This document shows, piece by piece, positions 25,227 through 36,800 of a stretch of 64,000 nt of DNA; position 1 is the stretch's first letter; every line of letters begins with the position of its first letter. This stretch comes from Lingula anatina (lineage: Eukaryota > Animalia > Brachiopoda), in the NCBI GenBank assembly GCA_051362555.1, contig CM120641.1, positions 24,620,401 through 24,684,400 on the forward strand, given 5' to 3'. Both the position numbers and the translations under genes were made by a program. The notes under the pieces were generated by a model, which worked only from the letters and a program-made list of their open reading frames with translations, was not told where the DNA came from and made no database searches.

Positions 25227-25621
25227 AAAATGGCGGATTAAAATTTGACAAAGTTTAAAGGATTTTAACGGTCATTACCACCTCTCACAGCAAACTTTGA
25301 TACTAAATGTTATCACTAGCTGACAAGAACATTATATACTACGGTTTGGGAAATTTCTAGTGGAAAAACTCACCGTAACGCTCTGCTTTTTTTGACTTAA
25401 AGGAGCGCAAACTTTCCGTATTGCGTCTTTTTAGTATCCGTGCGGGCGTTGGGTAATTTCTGAGGGGATTCCCCTTTTCTCCAACCAATGAAATTATGAA
25501 ATTCTGGTCACGTGACCTAGATCTCCAAAAAAGGTAAACATATTACCCAATCACTGCATTGCATTTTGTCACATGTTAGGGGAATTCCCTTTTTTGTTTA
25601 CGAAATGTTTGGGAATTTCCC
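25227..25621 (-). promoter_or_regulatory. IkB promoter: TATA-like box, about five kB sites, CCAAT boxes, palindromic E-box and YY1 motif
   Basis: YY1 AAAATGGCGG at 25227-25236 and TATATAA on the - strand at 25332-25338. kB sites: GGGAAATTTC 25348, GGGTAATTTC 25451, GGGGATTCCCC 25464, GGGGAATTCCC 25579, GGGAATTTCCC 25611. E-box palindrome GGTCACGTGACC at 25506-25517. CCAAT near 25485 and 25547. Confidence 0.8.
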
Positions 25622-25990
25622 AGCATCACTTCTAAATTGTTCATGACGGTTGTACGCTTTTCTGGACACTTCACATAAACACATTACCTTGTGATAGTGA
25701 AATATTTCACAATTTTATTTAGTATCAATGTATATACAGATTTTCTCTGTGATGGTATTCCCAAAGTTTGTTTTTATCATTATATATCGCTTTTAACTTG
25801 GAATTAATTAAGTGCCGTCCTAAGCCTGGAACCCATCAAATCGCATCAAATTATTTTCGTTTATTTGTTTTTCCTACCTTGCTTCACTAAGCAACCAATA
25901 TAACCTTACTACCCTGGCCGATCATTGTCTTCTTGTAGAATCAAAATATGAGAACAGCTGTTAATGATTGCAGTTGATACTACTGTACAA

Positions 25991-26240
25991 CAGAAACGGA
26001 TTTATAAGGGATGTCAGGGGGGTCCTGACCCCCTCTTCGATTTCTGAAAAAAAATCACATCAATGGTCCTCTTTTGAAATTAGAATTTTGATCAGCTGGA
26101 TCATAGTTCTAACGGCACCGATCGCCCTCCAAACTGAAAATATCAAATTTTCGCGGCCCCCGAACCCCACGCCAAGGGGGGATCGGAGGATCGGCTTTCC
26201 ATCTGAGAACCCCCTTCAAATAATCCTGGATCAGCCCCTG
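25991..26240. mobile_element. MITE with CAGGGGCGGAT-type ends (250 bp, 5-bp TSD TACAA)
   Basis: Right end CCTGGATCAGCCCCTG and degenerate left end CAGAAACGGATTTA. TACAA lies at 25986-25990 and 26241-26245. The interior is GC-rich. Confidence 0.7.
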
Positions 26241-26759
26241 TACAAGTAGGTCTATCGCAGAAATTCGAAGGTCAAAGCACCCGGCATGTACCAGTACTAA
26301 TCGGTGAGAGCGAGAAAGAGAGATAGAAAGAAGGGGAGGATAAGGAGAGAGGAAAGAAAGAATAAAGCATAAGAATTAAAGAAAGAGAACAGCCGAGAGA
26401 AAGAAAGAAAAAGAAAAGGGAAACTAAGTTAGATCCGTAAACCGCCCACAACCAGCCTGTCATAATTGATGTGTATGCACAACTTGGAAGTACAGACGAC
26501 ACAGTTAAATGATTTGTAAACTTTTAGAAATAGCATAGAATTTCCATCTTTATGTGAAAAGGATTGTATATTCCTACTTGAATCATCGCTCCGAATGAGC
26601 TTGCATTCGAATGTCTTATTAGTCAGACAAAATTTTTATGAGATCATCTAAACGAATGACTTAATAATTATTAGTATCAGGGCTGTCCTCAGTAATTTTA
26701 GATTCTGTCAAAAATAAATAAATAAATAAATAAATAACCCCTTGATCTTGATAATTCGA

Positions 26760-27030
26760 GAAATGGCACAGAACCTTTCTTTATGTCAATTTGTTCTATT
26801 CGATGCTAATCAAAATCAGACATCAAAATTGATACGAGAGGCTAACAATATCGGCCGTCATCAGCCAGCCATGAAAAGGGACAGGGGATGGATCTACCTG
26901 ACATTTATAAGAGGGTCCTGGCCGTTATACCACCCAGTGGTCAGTGAGAAATAACATCTAGTCTGATGAAGGCCTACGTACGTCCAGGATGGCCGTAAGG
27001 CAAGGGATTGAAAACATCCCAGCTTGTGTT
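26760..27030 (+). mobile_element. 3' remnant of a Penelope-like retroelement (GIY-YIG endonuclease tail plus hammerhead-like motif)
   Basis: KLIREANNIGRHQPAMKRDRG, then after a 1-nt frameshift MDLPDIYKRVL...*. This matches the 'I-K/R-E-A-x-x-I...P-x-M/L-N-R-D-x-G...L-P-x-x-Y' C-terminus of PLE GIY-YIG domains. It is followed by CTGATGA-A-GGCC...GGCC-GTAA and then a (TA)n tract. Confidence 0.7.
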
Positions 27031-27039
27031 TTATAATTA

Positions 27040-27041
<2 letters not shown>

Positions 27042-27079
<38 letters not shown>
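27042..27079. repeat. (TA)n microsatellite
   Basis: Directly visible, abutting the Penelope-like remnant. Confidence 0.95.
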
Positions 27080-27082
<3 letters not shown>

Positions 27083-27427
27083 GTTATCATATATTTCAGC
27101 CGACACAATGTACATGTACTTGTAGTATAATAATTCCCTTATGATCACTTACCAAGTGACTGGAAGCTAAGGTGGTAAGCGGGAAAGAAACTTAAAAATG
27201 GTTTGTAACAGGATTTTTATCCAATCAATCAAGCCCAAATGTAATCAATTAAACTTGTGTCAAGTGATTATTTGTTTCGGGTTCCATGCTTTTGTATTGT
27301 AAAGGGATTAGGAGCATGCGCTCGACTTTTCTGATGTCACTGCGTTAGCTGTGCTTCACTCTAGATCTGTTTCGTTTGAGAAAATGCCTTAAATAAGTGG
27401 GTATTGTTATCATCATAATCAGCCGTA

Positions 27428-27723
27428 TAATTACCTCTAAAAGGAGGTAATGTTTTTTGTTCCGTTAGTTTGTCTGTCTGTTCGCAACATTATGCAAATT
27501 TTCAAGATATGTCACAAATTATTGGCCAAGGAAAAAATGATTACATTTTAGAGGTCATAGGGGGCCTACGGATTACCATTAAAACGTAAAGCACACAAGC
27601 AGTACTAATTGTCTTGACCTGTTTTAATAGTACATAACACAGACGTTATTTGCAAGCTGTGACCTGACCTTTGAATTAATTTCACTTTTCAGAGGCCTGC
27701 GGTCGCTAAGTGCTGTTGTAGTT
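27428..27723 (+). mobile_element. Short degenerate HINE/DINE-1-like (Helentron-derived) element
   Basis: 5' hairpin TTACCTC-taaaag-GAGGTAA followed by a (GTCT)n-like tract. Internal TGACCTGACCTTTGA. 3' end CAGAGGCCTGCGGTCGCTAAGTGCTGTTGTAGTT. The layout is the same as the 2997-5781 element but without an array. Confidence 0.6.
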
Positions 27724-27835
27724 AGTATTATTGTTATTATTATCAATTGTTTTGATTCCGTGTATGAAAATCCAGTAAATAATTTTTAACCAAATTTTGC
27801 GAGACTAAAATCAGAGTACGTAACAAATTCACGGA

Positions 27836-27838
<3 letters not shown>

Positions 27839-27899
<61 letters not shown>
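27839..27899. repeat. Compound (CT)n(CA)n microsatellite
   Basis: Directly visible. Confidence 0.96.
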
Positions 27900-27901
<2 letters not shown>

Positions 27902-28593
27902 GCCACACATCGATTATTGAACAAAGTGCAATAAGCACTACAGGAAGAAAAACGACCTTCAGCACCAAGATAGTCATGCATCATATTCAGTGTGTTGCTA
28001 TATTAAGTCAGTTATGTGAGATGACTCCCAGCAGTTGTGTCACATGTGAAACTCAGTACAGACTCGTCACTGTATGTTCTGAATTACAGGAAGATCCCCA
28101 TACGTTTTTAAGAACATACACATACAAACACTACACACACGAGCAGTCTCTTGACACAAAGAAAGCCGAATACTTGTTAATCAGACATAGTTGTATTAGT
28201 AACCATAAAGACTACAAAATAAATTAATTGCTCTGTCAAGAAATGTAGGCTTAATCAAAATGAAAGTAAATCTGAAGCATCCAAGCATCATCCCAAAAAC
28301 TGTCATGATATATCGTTTTTCAAAGAAATAGAAAGAGTTCATAGCATACTCCACACATATAAATTATTCAAACAAACAAACAAACAAACAAACAAAAAAA
28401 AAAAAAATAAAATAAATAATTGAAAGGAAAAACTACAAGCAAATGATTCAAATATCTTCTTCATTCACGTGACTTAAAACAATATAGAACATTATACATG
28501 AATTACAACATGCAACAACGTACACAAGAAAAGATATTCTAAACCAACCACGTGCACAACCAAGTTAACTAAAGCAACTGATAATATACTGTA

Positions 28594-28642
28594 ATAAATG
28601 AATAAATGAATGAATGAATAAATGGATAAATAAATAAGTTAA

Positions 28643-28689
<47 letters not shown>

Positions 28690-28726
28690 ATTAATTAATT
28701 AATTAATTAATTAATTAATTAATTAA
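28594..28726. repeat. Compound (AATG)/(AAAT)n/(AATT)n microsatellite
   Basis: Directly visible. Confidence 0.95.
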
Positions 28727-29389
28727 CCGGTTTCCAGAAGGGTCTTTTATAGAGAAATAATGATAATATTTTAAGTTACTTTTATCTTTTTTAGTGGGCC
28801 TACATGTACCATCTAAGTTTTTTTCGGAAAAAGTTATTTGATTGCACTATTTCTTTTATCCAGTGGTTTGTTGCCTTAATAGCGTTAAGAGTGAATAATT
28901 TTAGAATTAGGCAAAATATCAAGAATTAACAGCAACAACGAATTTAAGAAAACGCCGACAAAACAGTATGGATAGTAAAGGAGGGAAGTACATAAGAAAA
29001 CCTAATGCGTTGAACAAAGAGAGTTTAAATAAATAAAGAAAGATAAAATGAAATCGATCTCCGAAATCATGCAACAAGATGCGTGCATGCTAGCTGTGTG
29101 TCTGTGTCAGTCGATATTTCTTCTCCTTTTTAATAAGTCAGATATCAACTGGGAGGATAGATCCAACCTTTTAAAGTCTGTTATTATCACAATGCTTGAA
29201 TGATAGAACCATGTTGATGAAGTGTTGAAAGTACCGTGCTGCCATTGTGTTCAATCAGTTTTGCACACCAAACGCAATCACTGCAAACCTAAATCCACAC
29301 CCCTTCACGATGTATTGAGGAGAAATCAATAAAATATGGTTGAAAGTGTGCATAATTCATTCAGTGATTCAGATATGCAGAGAAAGCAA

Positions 29390-29645
29390 GCAGAAATTGT
29401 CGTGAGTCATTCATCCGTCGGATAATCTATGAGATTCATTCCGGTAAGTCGATTACCACCGTTGATTATCTTTCACCCCCCGAGAACGGAATAAACTCGG
29501 CAGGGTCAACATTCATTTTGCAGCCGCGGTTTCGATTATTATGACTGCATTAACATAGAAGGCAGCTGCCGACTACCACTTTAGACTTAGGAGTTGTCTC
29601 TCCGTCAGGCAGCGTCTAACCCTGTAGACTAGAACTAAGGTACGT
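29390..29645 (+). promoter_or_regulatory. Probable promoter and non-coding first exon(s) of the FSTL gene
   Basis: CpG-enriched segment with an AP-1 site TGAGTCA (29403-29409) and strong donors CG|GTAAGT (29444) and AG|GTACGT (29640). The ATG exon begins at an acceptor (30864), so an upstream exon is required. Confidence 0.45.
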
Positions 29646-30872
29646 AGCGGCTTTGGTTATATTTACTCCTAACGTGTTATAAGATGCAAATTTTTTTTTG
29701 ATGTCCGTATTAATGGCCGGTACAGTTATAGCTGAGCTGCCTAGCTGCTCAGTTTGTCTTTTTGTCCCAGACAGTAATGTGTTTGTGATCCAGACGCAGT
29801 TGCCTGAAGTTTTTGCTTAGCGTACTCTGGCCTCTCTTTGCTGTAGTACTCATATGACAGTTACTGATACTTGCGGTGTTTGTTGCTCAAACTCAGACAC
29901 TGAGAAAGCATGATTTAATGAAATGCCACAATAATTATGACAGGATTTTTTTCTTGGTAATACCCAGCAATGTCCTTTGCCACGGTTTGGCTTTAAAGAC
30001 AGACCTTGACAGCGACGTGACAGTTCCAGCTCATGCATGGAGAGAGTGGGAAGTGTATAGATTGGTTGTTATGTATCGGGAGACTTAATTTGTATGTTTA
30101 AAATACCCACATGTAACTACATATATAAATACATGTACTGAGTACATGTAGTTCACAATGCACATGATGTCGTTTTCACATGGCCATTTATTATCATAGC
30201 GTCTGCAATTGATCTTATCATTGATTCAGCTTATTGATGATTAAGGTGTTATGTTAAGGATAAGATAAACTGCCAAAGAACAAAAGCCTGTTTTTTTTCT
30301 CTTCAAATCTGACAGTTGTATTTAATCAGATGCAAAATTGAATATTGAATAATTCCTGCATGGCTTACTATATTTATGTACTATCTGTGTCAATTTTATG
30401 ATGTTGATTGTTTTTGTGTTGGTAGTAAGTTGTCAGTTTAGTTGTTCTTTGTTTATTGGGGGTGGGATCTAATAAAAAAAGTTAAAATATGATTTTCTTT
30501 TAATTAATGTGGATATAGACATCTGCATGTCTGATGAATAAAGTTAAAGCTTTTCTACACGTGTATAATTTTGTTTATTTTTGCTGTCCGTTGTATAAAC
30601 TATATCAGCATGTATTTAAAGTGAAATCTCTCATCTTTCTTTTAAGATATGTGTGAAATAGATAAACTTGTACTTTTATGTTTTTTTTTCATCATTTTGC
30701 AATGGTTTTGTAGTTGAGACACGTTGTTTCTTGTGTTAGGAATAACAGGATGCTTTATTGGAGTCAGGGCAAATAATATGTATAATGTGTAATATAATAT
30801 GTAAGGTATGATAAAAATAATGTAATAAGCTGTGGATATGACCGCAAGCTGTTTTATTTGCAGGTTATTTGT

Positions 30873-33800
30873 ATGACCATGAAGTTGAGTTGGTTGCTGG
30901 TGGTTAGCTGTGTAGCAGTTCTGGGCTGGTGTAAACCAAGGGGAAAGGTAAGTGGATCTCACTTTAAAGTTGTTGGGTAAATTAATGTATTTGGTCTACC
31001 CCCTATTTCAAAGAATCTTGTCATGCATTCAGATGGACTAGACAGTATCAAAATACACTCCTGATTGATGGCCACTGAATAGCTTCTGATCTCTCTCAAA
31101 AAGCGTACAAACATTTATTATTGATTAACTTTACCCTTTCCAACATCTTCCCTCACAAATTTTTTTTTTTCATGACTTGCTCCAATAGTTCTTCATTTAT
31201 GTAGTAGAATTTTCTGAAAGGTTGTACCATATTAGTAAATAGAGAGAGAGTTGTTAGACATGTGACATTGCCTTCTTGTTTCATTGACTTAACATGTGAA
31301 GTCACATTCTGGAGATGGTATTAATTTTTTATCGATTCTCATAGTGAACAAATCAATAGCCTGTGGAGAGGATAAGGTCACGCCAGTTATTTACCAAAGG
31401 TTCCTATGCCAAAAATCAATAACAAAGGGGTTTTACTTCTCCCTTGTTTTTTTCCCCTGTCTTTTGTATTGAGGGGATTCCTGATAGTATAGGGTTAATC
31501 TCCTTCTGAATCTTGATGAACCTTTTACATCAGAAATAGTCATATGATCCAGGCGATAAATGTGTTTTGGAGATATCTTACAGATTTGGTCAACAAAACT
31601 TCATTTTATTGATGATGATGTGCACAGTGACTCAATATATTGTAGAAATCAGATTGAAAAAGATCATAGGAATTTTAAAATAACAGTAAATCTTGGGTCT
31701 AGAATTCTACATATTAAGAATTGCTTTTCATAAACATTTTACTAATAGTCTCTTTGGTATAAAGCTAAAAAAAATTTGAAAATATAACTGGGCATATAAA
31801 AAAAGATCTGTCTTTAAAGATTGGATTAGCTGTTTGCTTCGTTACGTTACACAAGTAATACCTTATCACCCAAAGTATTTCTAAATGGTCCCTGTATTTT
31901 TTCTCTCATTTTTAGACATTTTTGCTGCCTTGTTTAATTTTGTTTACTCTTTCCTTGTAATATTCCTTGCTCAATCATCTCAGACTTTACGAAAGCATTG
32001 GATCGTTTTTATGGCCTTTCGTAAAGTCTGTCATTTATGACTTGCCATCTTGTAATATGTCTTTGGCAGCAACACTACAAAAGGAATATCTGTTGTCGTT
32101 TAAATCTTAAAAAGACCCCATCAAGAGAGAAGAGTAGAGAAGTCCAAGTCATCCTTTCCTCCATCTTGTGTGATGTATGTGCTGTCTTGATATGCAGGTG
32201 TTACATCTGTCTAATGGTTTCCTTGGCCATGGGTTCAAGTTTTTTTATGTAACTGGCATGATATTTTCTTTAAGCAGACTACTACTAGTACTAGTATTCT
32301 GAACTTGAAATGAACTGGACATTTTGGCTGAAAAGTAAAGAAGATCAGTTTTCTGCCCTTCTCTGCATTCGACTGACAAGTACTTGTTGGTCTCACTCTG
32401 CTGTAGATGGATTCAAGTGTCCTGCTATAACTGCTCTTTCATTGTTATCTCCACTGTGCAACGGGCTGGGAAATGAGGCATAGGAGATGTATTCATGATG
32501 GCTGCTTGATTTATTGGTTTGATTCGTCTGTTTGTCTGCAATCTATACAGTTCATGGTAGCACATACAATTAATTTAAATGCTAAAGATAAGTTATTTTT
32601 GCTAGTGCAAATGAAAAAAGGGTATTTTTATATTTTTAGATTTGTCATTAGTTTAGTTAAACGGAACTAATTTGACCAGAATTTAAACTTGCCCAATCTT
32701 TTACAAGACAGTTTGATCACTGACTACAAAATATAATGTGCCACTTCATATATCAGAATATTTACCATATTTTTGTAAATTTCACAGTATGAAAACTTTG
32801 AAACTGCAAAATCAAAATTATAATGCTTTTTGCACCCTTTTTTGTAGGGTTTGAAAGTGTAAATTACATTTACACTTTGCAGCTTTGCAGGTGCAGTTCA
32901 AGTATAGATTTTGCTGTTCAAGCTCAGGTCAAAAGAAGGATATATACATTTTATTATCAAGAATCCTCCACACCCACACATTTAAGGGAACAACAGAAAA
33001 CTCGATGTATTGATTTCTCCAGACAACAGAAATAGAAGGCTCTTGTGGTGTATGAGTCACAGCGGAGATTAGTCTGGATATTTGGTGGATCTGCATTTCT
33101 ACCATTTTGTAAAATGTCCAAGAGCAACATAACATAAAATATCATTATTAATAATACAACTGTTCTCATTAATTTGATATTGAAAACCCAAGTTTTGCTA
33201 AATAGTCTGTTTGAAATATGGCAGCCTTTAATTTTAATAATGAAAAGCAGGGTGATCATTGTTGTTTGATTCGATGATGATTAATGATTTTAAAACTGTT
33301 TGTGTTTTGTGTACTCTGTGCCAGAATCATGCAGTAATATTAGATCAGTACCACATACATCATCCTCAAAGACTGCTGTACGTATAGCAGGTAGATTTGT
33401 ATCCATTGTGTTTAAACAGTGAGCATATCTCGGGAGTCTTGTTGTCCTAGGTGACTTCAGTGATTGATTGCTTTGTCTTTTTTATGATATATCAGATATC
33501 CCCACCTGAGTTTTTGCCTCAGCGCTCTGGTTGTGGTGTGCGCTGTATCAGTGTCACTGTATGAATAGGGGTCTTTGGTGCTAGGGCTATTGTCATGATG
33601 AGAAATGGGTCTTATGGTGTGGCTAAAAGTTCATCATATTTAAATTTTAATTTCCTAATGTGTCATAGTATATTTACTTTCAGTTTATGTTGGAGGGTGG
33701 AATGTGAGTTTATAATTTATGATATAATTGAAGGGACAGTGCGGTGTATGTGAAGAACAGAAATAATACACATCCCTACTTGAATATATATTTTACCTAG

Positions 33801-36800
33801 GTTTAGTTTAATATGGTCATCCAGGCTCATATGGTGACAGGTATTCTTCCAGTCACTGGGGCCATAGTAGTTTGTCTTTGACTTGAGATGAATCGCTGGT
33901 AGTCCATATAAATGAAATATTATGGCCGTTTTATCTAAAACAATAGTAATGCATTGCCTTGGATCTGTTTTATGAAAGGAAAGAAATGGTTGATGTCTAA
34001 GGTATCTTTTATAACAAGACAAACATATTTGTATTTTTAATGGTATAATTATTCACAGTAACTCTTAGAAGACAACTAAAATCATAAATTCAAATGTGCC
34101 AAAATATTCCATCATAAATTTAAAATTAACTTTTCGTCTAAGTTTTTGTGTGAATCTGTCCCTCAGCAGATGTTAGGTCCTCTATATGACTGCTTTGTCT
34201 TGTCACTGGTGGGTAAAATTGCATCAAAAAAAGTAAAAGTCAAAGCTTCCAGTGGTTAGTAAATAATAATAATAATAATAATAAATAAATAAGATAAAAA
34301 ACAGGACATTGTTATAAAAATTCTGGGAACCTATTGTTTTTAATTTATGCAGTGTACCTCGTGAGTTAATAATCTTCACACTGGGGTTTAAGTGGAATTT
34401 TGTGTTCTAATCATATCACTGGTATTCCACACACAGCAAGCCTTTGAATTATTGTCCAAGCAACTTTTTATTTTCCATCTTGTCAGTTTCGATTATCATT
34501 TTTGTCCACTTCTCAGAGATACCTTATAATTGTTTGAAATGTGATATATAATGAACTCAATGAACATCTGTAATGTGCTTCTGGTTTTAAATACACTTAG
34601 AGATTAGTGGTGTTTTCTTTTTAGTTGGAGTCTCCCCCTCTCTTTCCTGGGTCTGGTTTCACCTACTCCCTCCTTTCTCTTACTGCCTTGCCATATTTGT
34701 ATCTAGTATTTAATTAAGAGTCTCATTGATTCATGCTTTGCTTTGGGGTTTTCATGCACACCTCTTTTAACTTTTAAACCCTCCTTCAAATAAACTGTAA
34801 ACTGAATCCACCACAAGACATACAAAATGGTAATTGTACAATTGAACCTTGCTATTGAAAAGGGAGACCCTTAGAATTTTTAATGGGGAGAAATGGCTCA
34901 GAATTCAAAAGAAGATCTGGGTAATATTTCTTGTTTAATGGAGAGTAGAATAAAGCATTTTGTATGGTCATTATCTTTTTAAAGCATGGTTGGTAAATAC
35001 TTCAACTGCTGTCACAAATTGGGGATGCAAAAATAAAATTGCACAGTTCTGTGAAGGTTTCACAGATCATTCTAATTGGGTCAAAGGAGATTTTTTTAAG
35101 GGGGTGGGGTAAAAGCAGTTATTGTGCTTTAGGGACATTAAAAAGGAGGGTAATTTGTCTTAAATTATTCGTGACATATTTTAAAAATCATGAAATTCCA
35201 TTATGGACTAAAATGAAGAGAAATTTGAGTACTGCCTGTCAAATCAATGATAACAAGTGGAAAAGTGTGCATAGGTATAGTTGTTTGGGAGAATTGAATG
35301 CAAATAAAAGTCCCATGTTTAACTTGGTACTTCAGACCATCTGGTTATTTGCTAAATGTGAACTTGCCCAAAGGGCTATTGATTATTAAATATATGGTAC
35401 AGTCCTAGCTGTTGCAGGCATAGACTGCCTTACAGTTCAAAAGAGATGGAATCAAATTATATGGCCTGTGTTTTTTTTTCTTTTAAATTTTAGACTTTCA
35501 TAAACCAGATGCTTTCCTTTAATAAAGACCATAATATATACAGCCCCCGTTTCTTCTTAAAGATCATAATTGAGTGAATTATTTGCCTGTCCATTACATA
35601 AATCCCAACCTCTCAAAGAATTGTGGCCAATCAAGGCAAATTTCACAAAGCCACCGTTAGCTAACGACTGTCTGTACAGTTTCTTATTCTTAGTAAGTTA
35701 ATTTATCTGCCCACATGATGTGTTGAGCAAACCCTAAAATGTAAATACAGTTTAAAACTTTTAAAGGCTTATCATATAGCCAAGCTGACCTCTTGGGCCA
35801 GTTGCACAAAAGAAATTTAGACTTAAAGTTGTTCCAAGAAAAATCAGTTATAGTACACCTCAGTGAAATATTGAGCCTGTTTTAATGCATTGGAAAGGGG
35901 TGTTTTTGACCAATGTATAGTTACTTTTTATTAGTGAACTACGGAAAATAAGCAGATACTTGGCTGAAAGGGACTGTATGCTATAGTAGCCTGTCGTGTT
36001 ACTAAGAGATTGAGAGGGCAGTAAACTGACAGAGTGAATATTGGAGATGAATAGGTCAGTTTTACAATAAATTAAGTCTTGAAAACGTGGCCCCTTTATC
36101 TGATATCTGCTAGCTGTGACCGAATTTTCAGTCTAGTTATAAAGGATTCGCTAAATTTATTTATGCTACTTCGACTTAAAAATACAGTATCTGTACAATT
36201 TATAATTTTCCCCATTAAAAAGATTGATTTATTATACAATTATAAAAAACAAAAAGCAACAAAAGGTTGAATCTACAGTTACATCACATATCAAGTTCTG
36301 TGTCATGATGTGTATTGATTTGGTGTTAGAAGTATTGTCTGGAGCACATTTGGGCAGCAATTTGTGGTTTTCGATCAAGGTTTTAAAAGATTACGTAAAT
36401 TGTTTTTGTGCCAGGCGAGATAATTGTTATTTTGTAGGTTTCTTTCTTTCTTCCCATTGTCCTTTGAGTTACTAGTACATGTATGCTTTTTATTGCGCAA
36501 TTTCAAATTGTTCAATTTCATAACAGATTTCATACAAATGCCTTTTTTTACTGTGTTCCAGCATGGCTTCTTTGATGATGAAGCAGACGATCTTCCAAAG
36601 ATGCACATTCAGGTGATGAAGGAAAGAGAACAGAAGCCAAGTGCTCCCAGGAAGCCACATGTAGACAAGACAGCTGAGGAAAAGAAGGCCGATGAAACGG
36701 TTACAAAAGGTAAGTATTCTTCTGATTAGATTTAGCATCTGGTCAGAATCAGTGCTTTAGTTTTGATATTGTGTTAGCTAGGACATTGTGTGAAAAAAAT

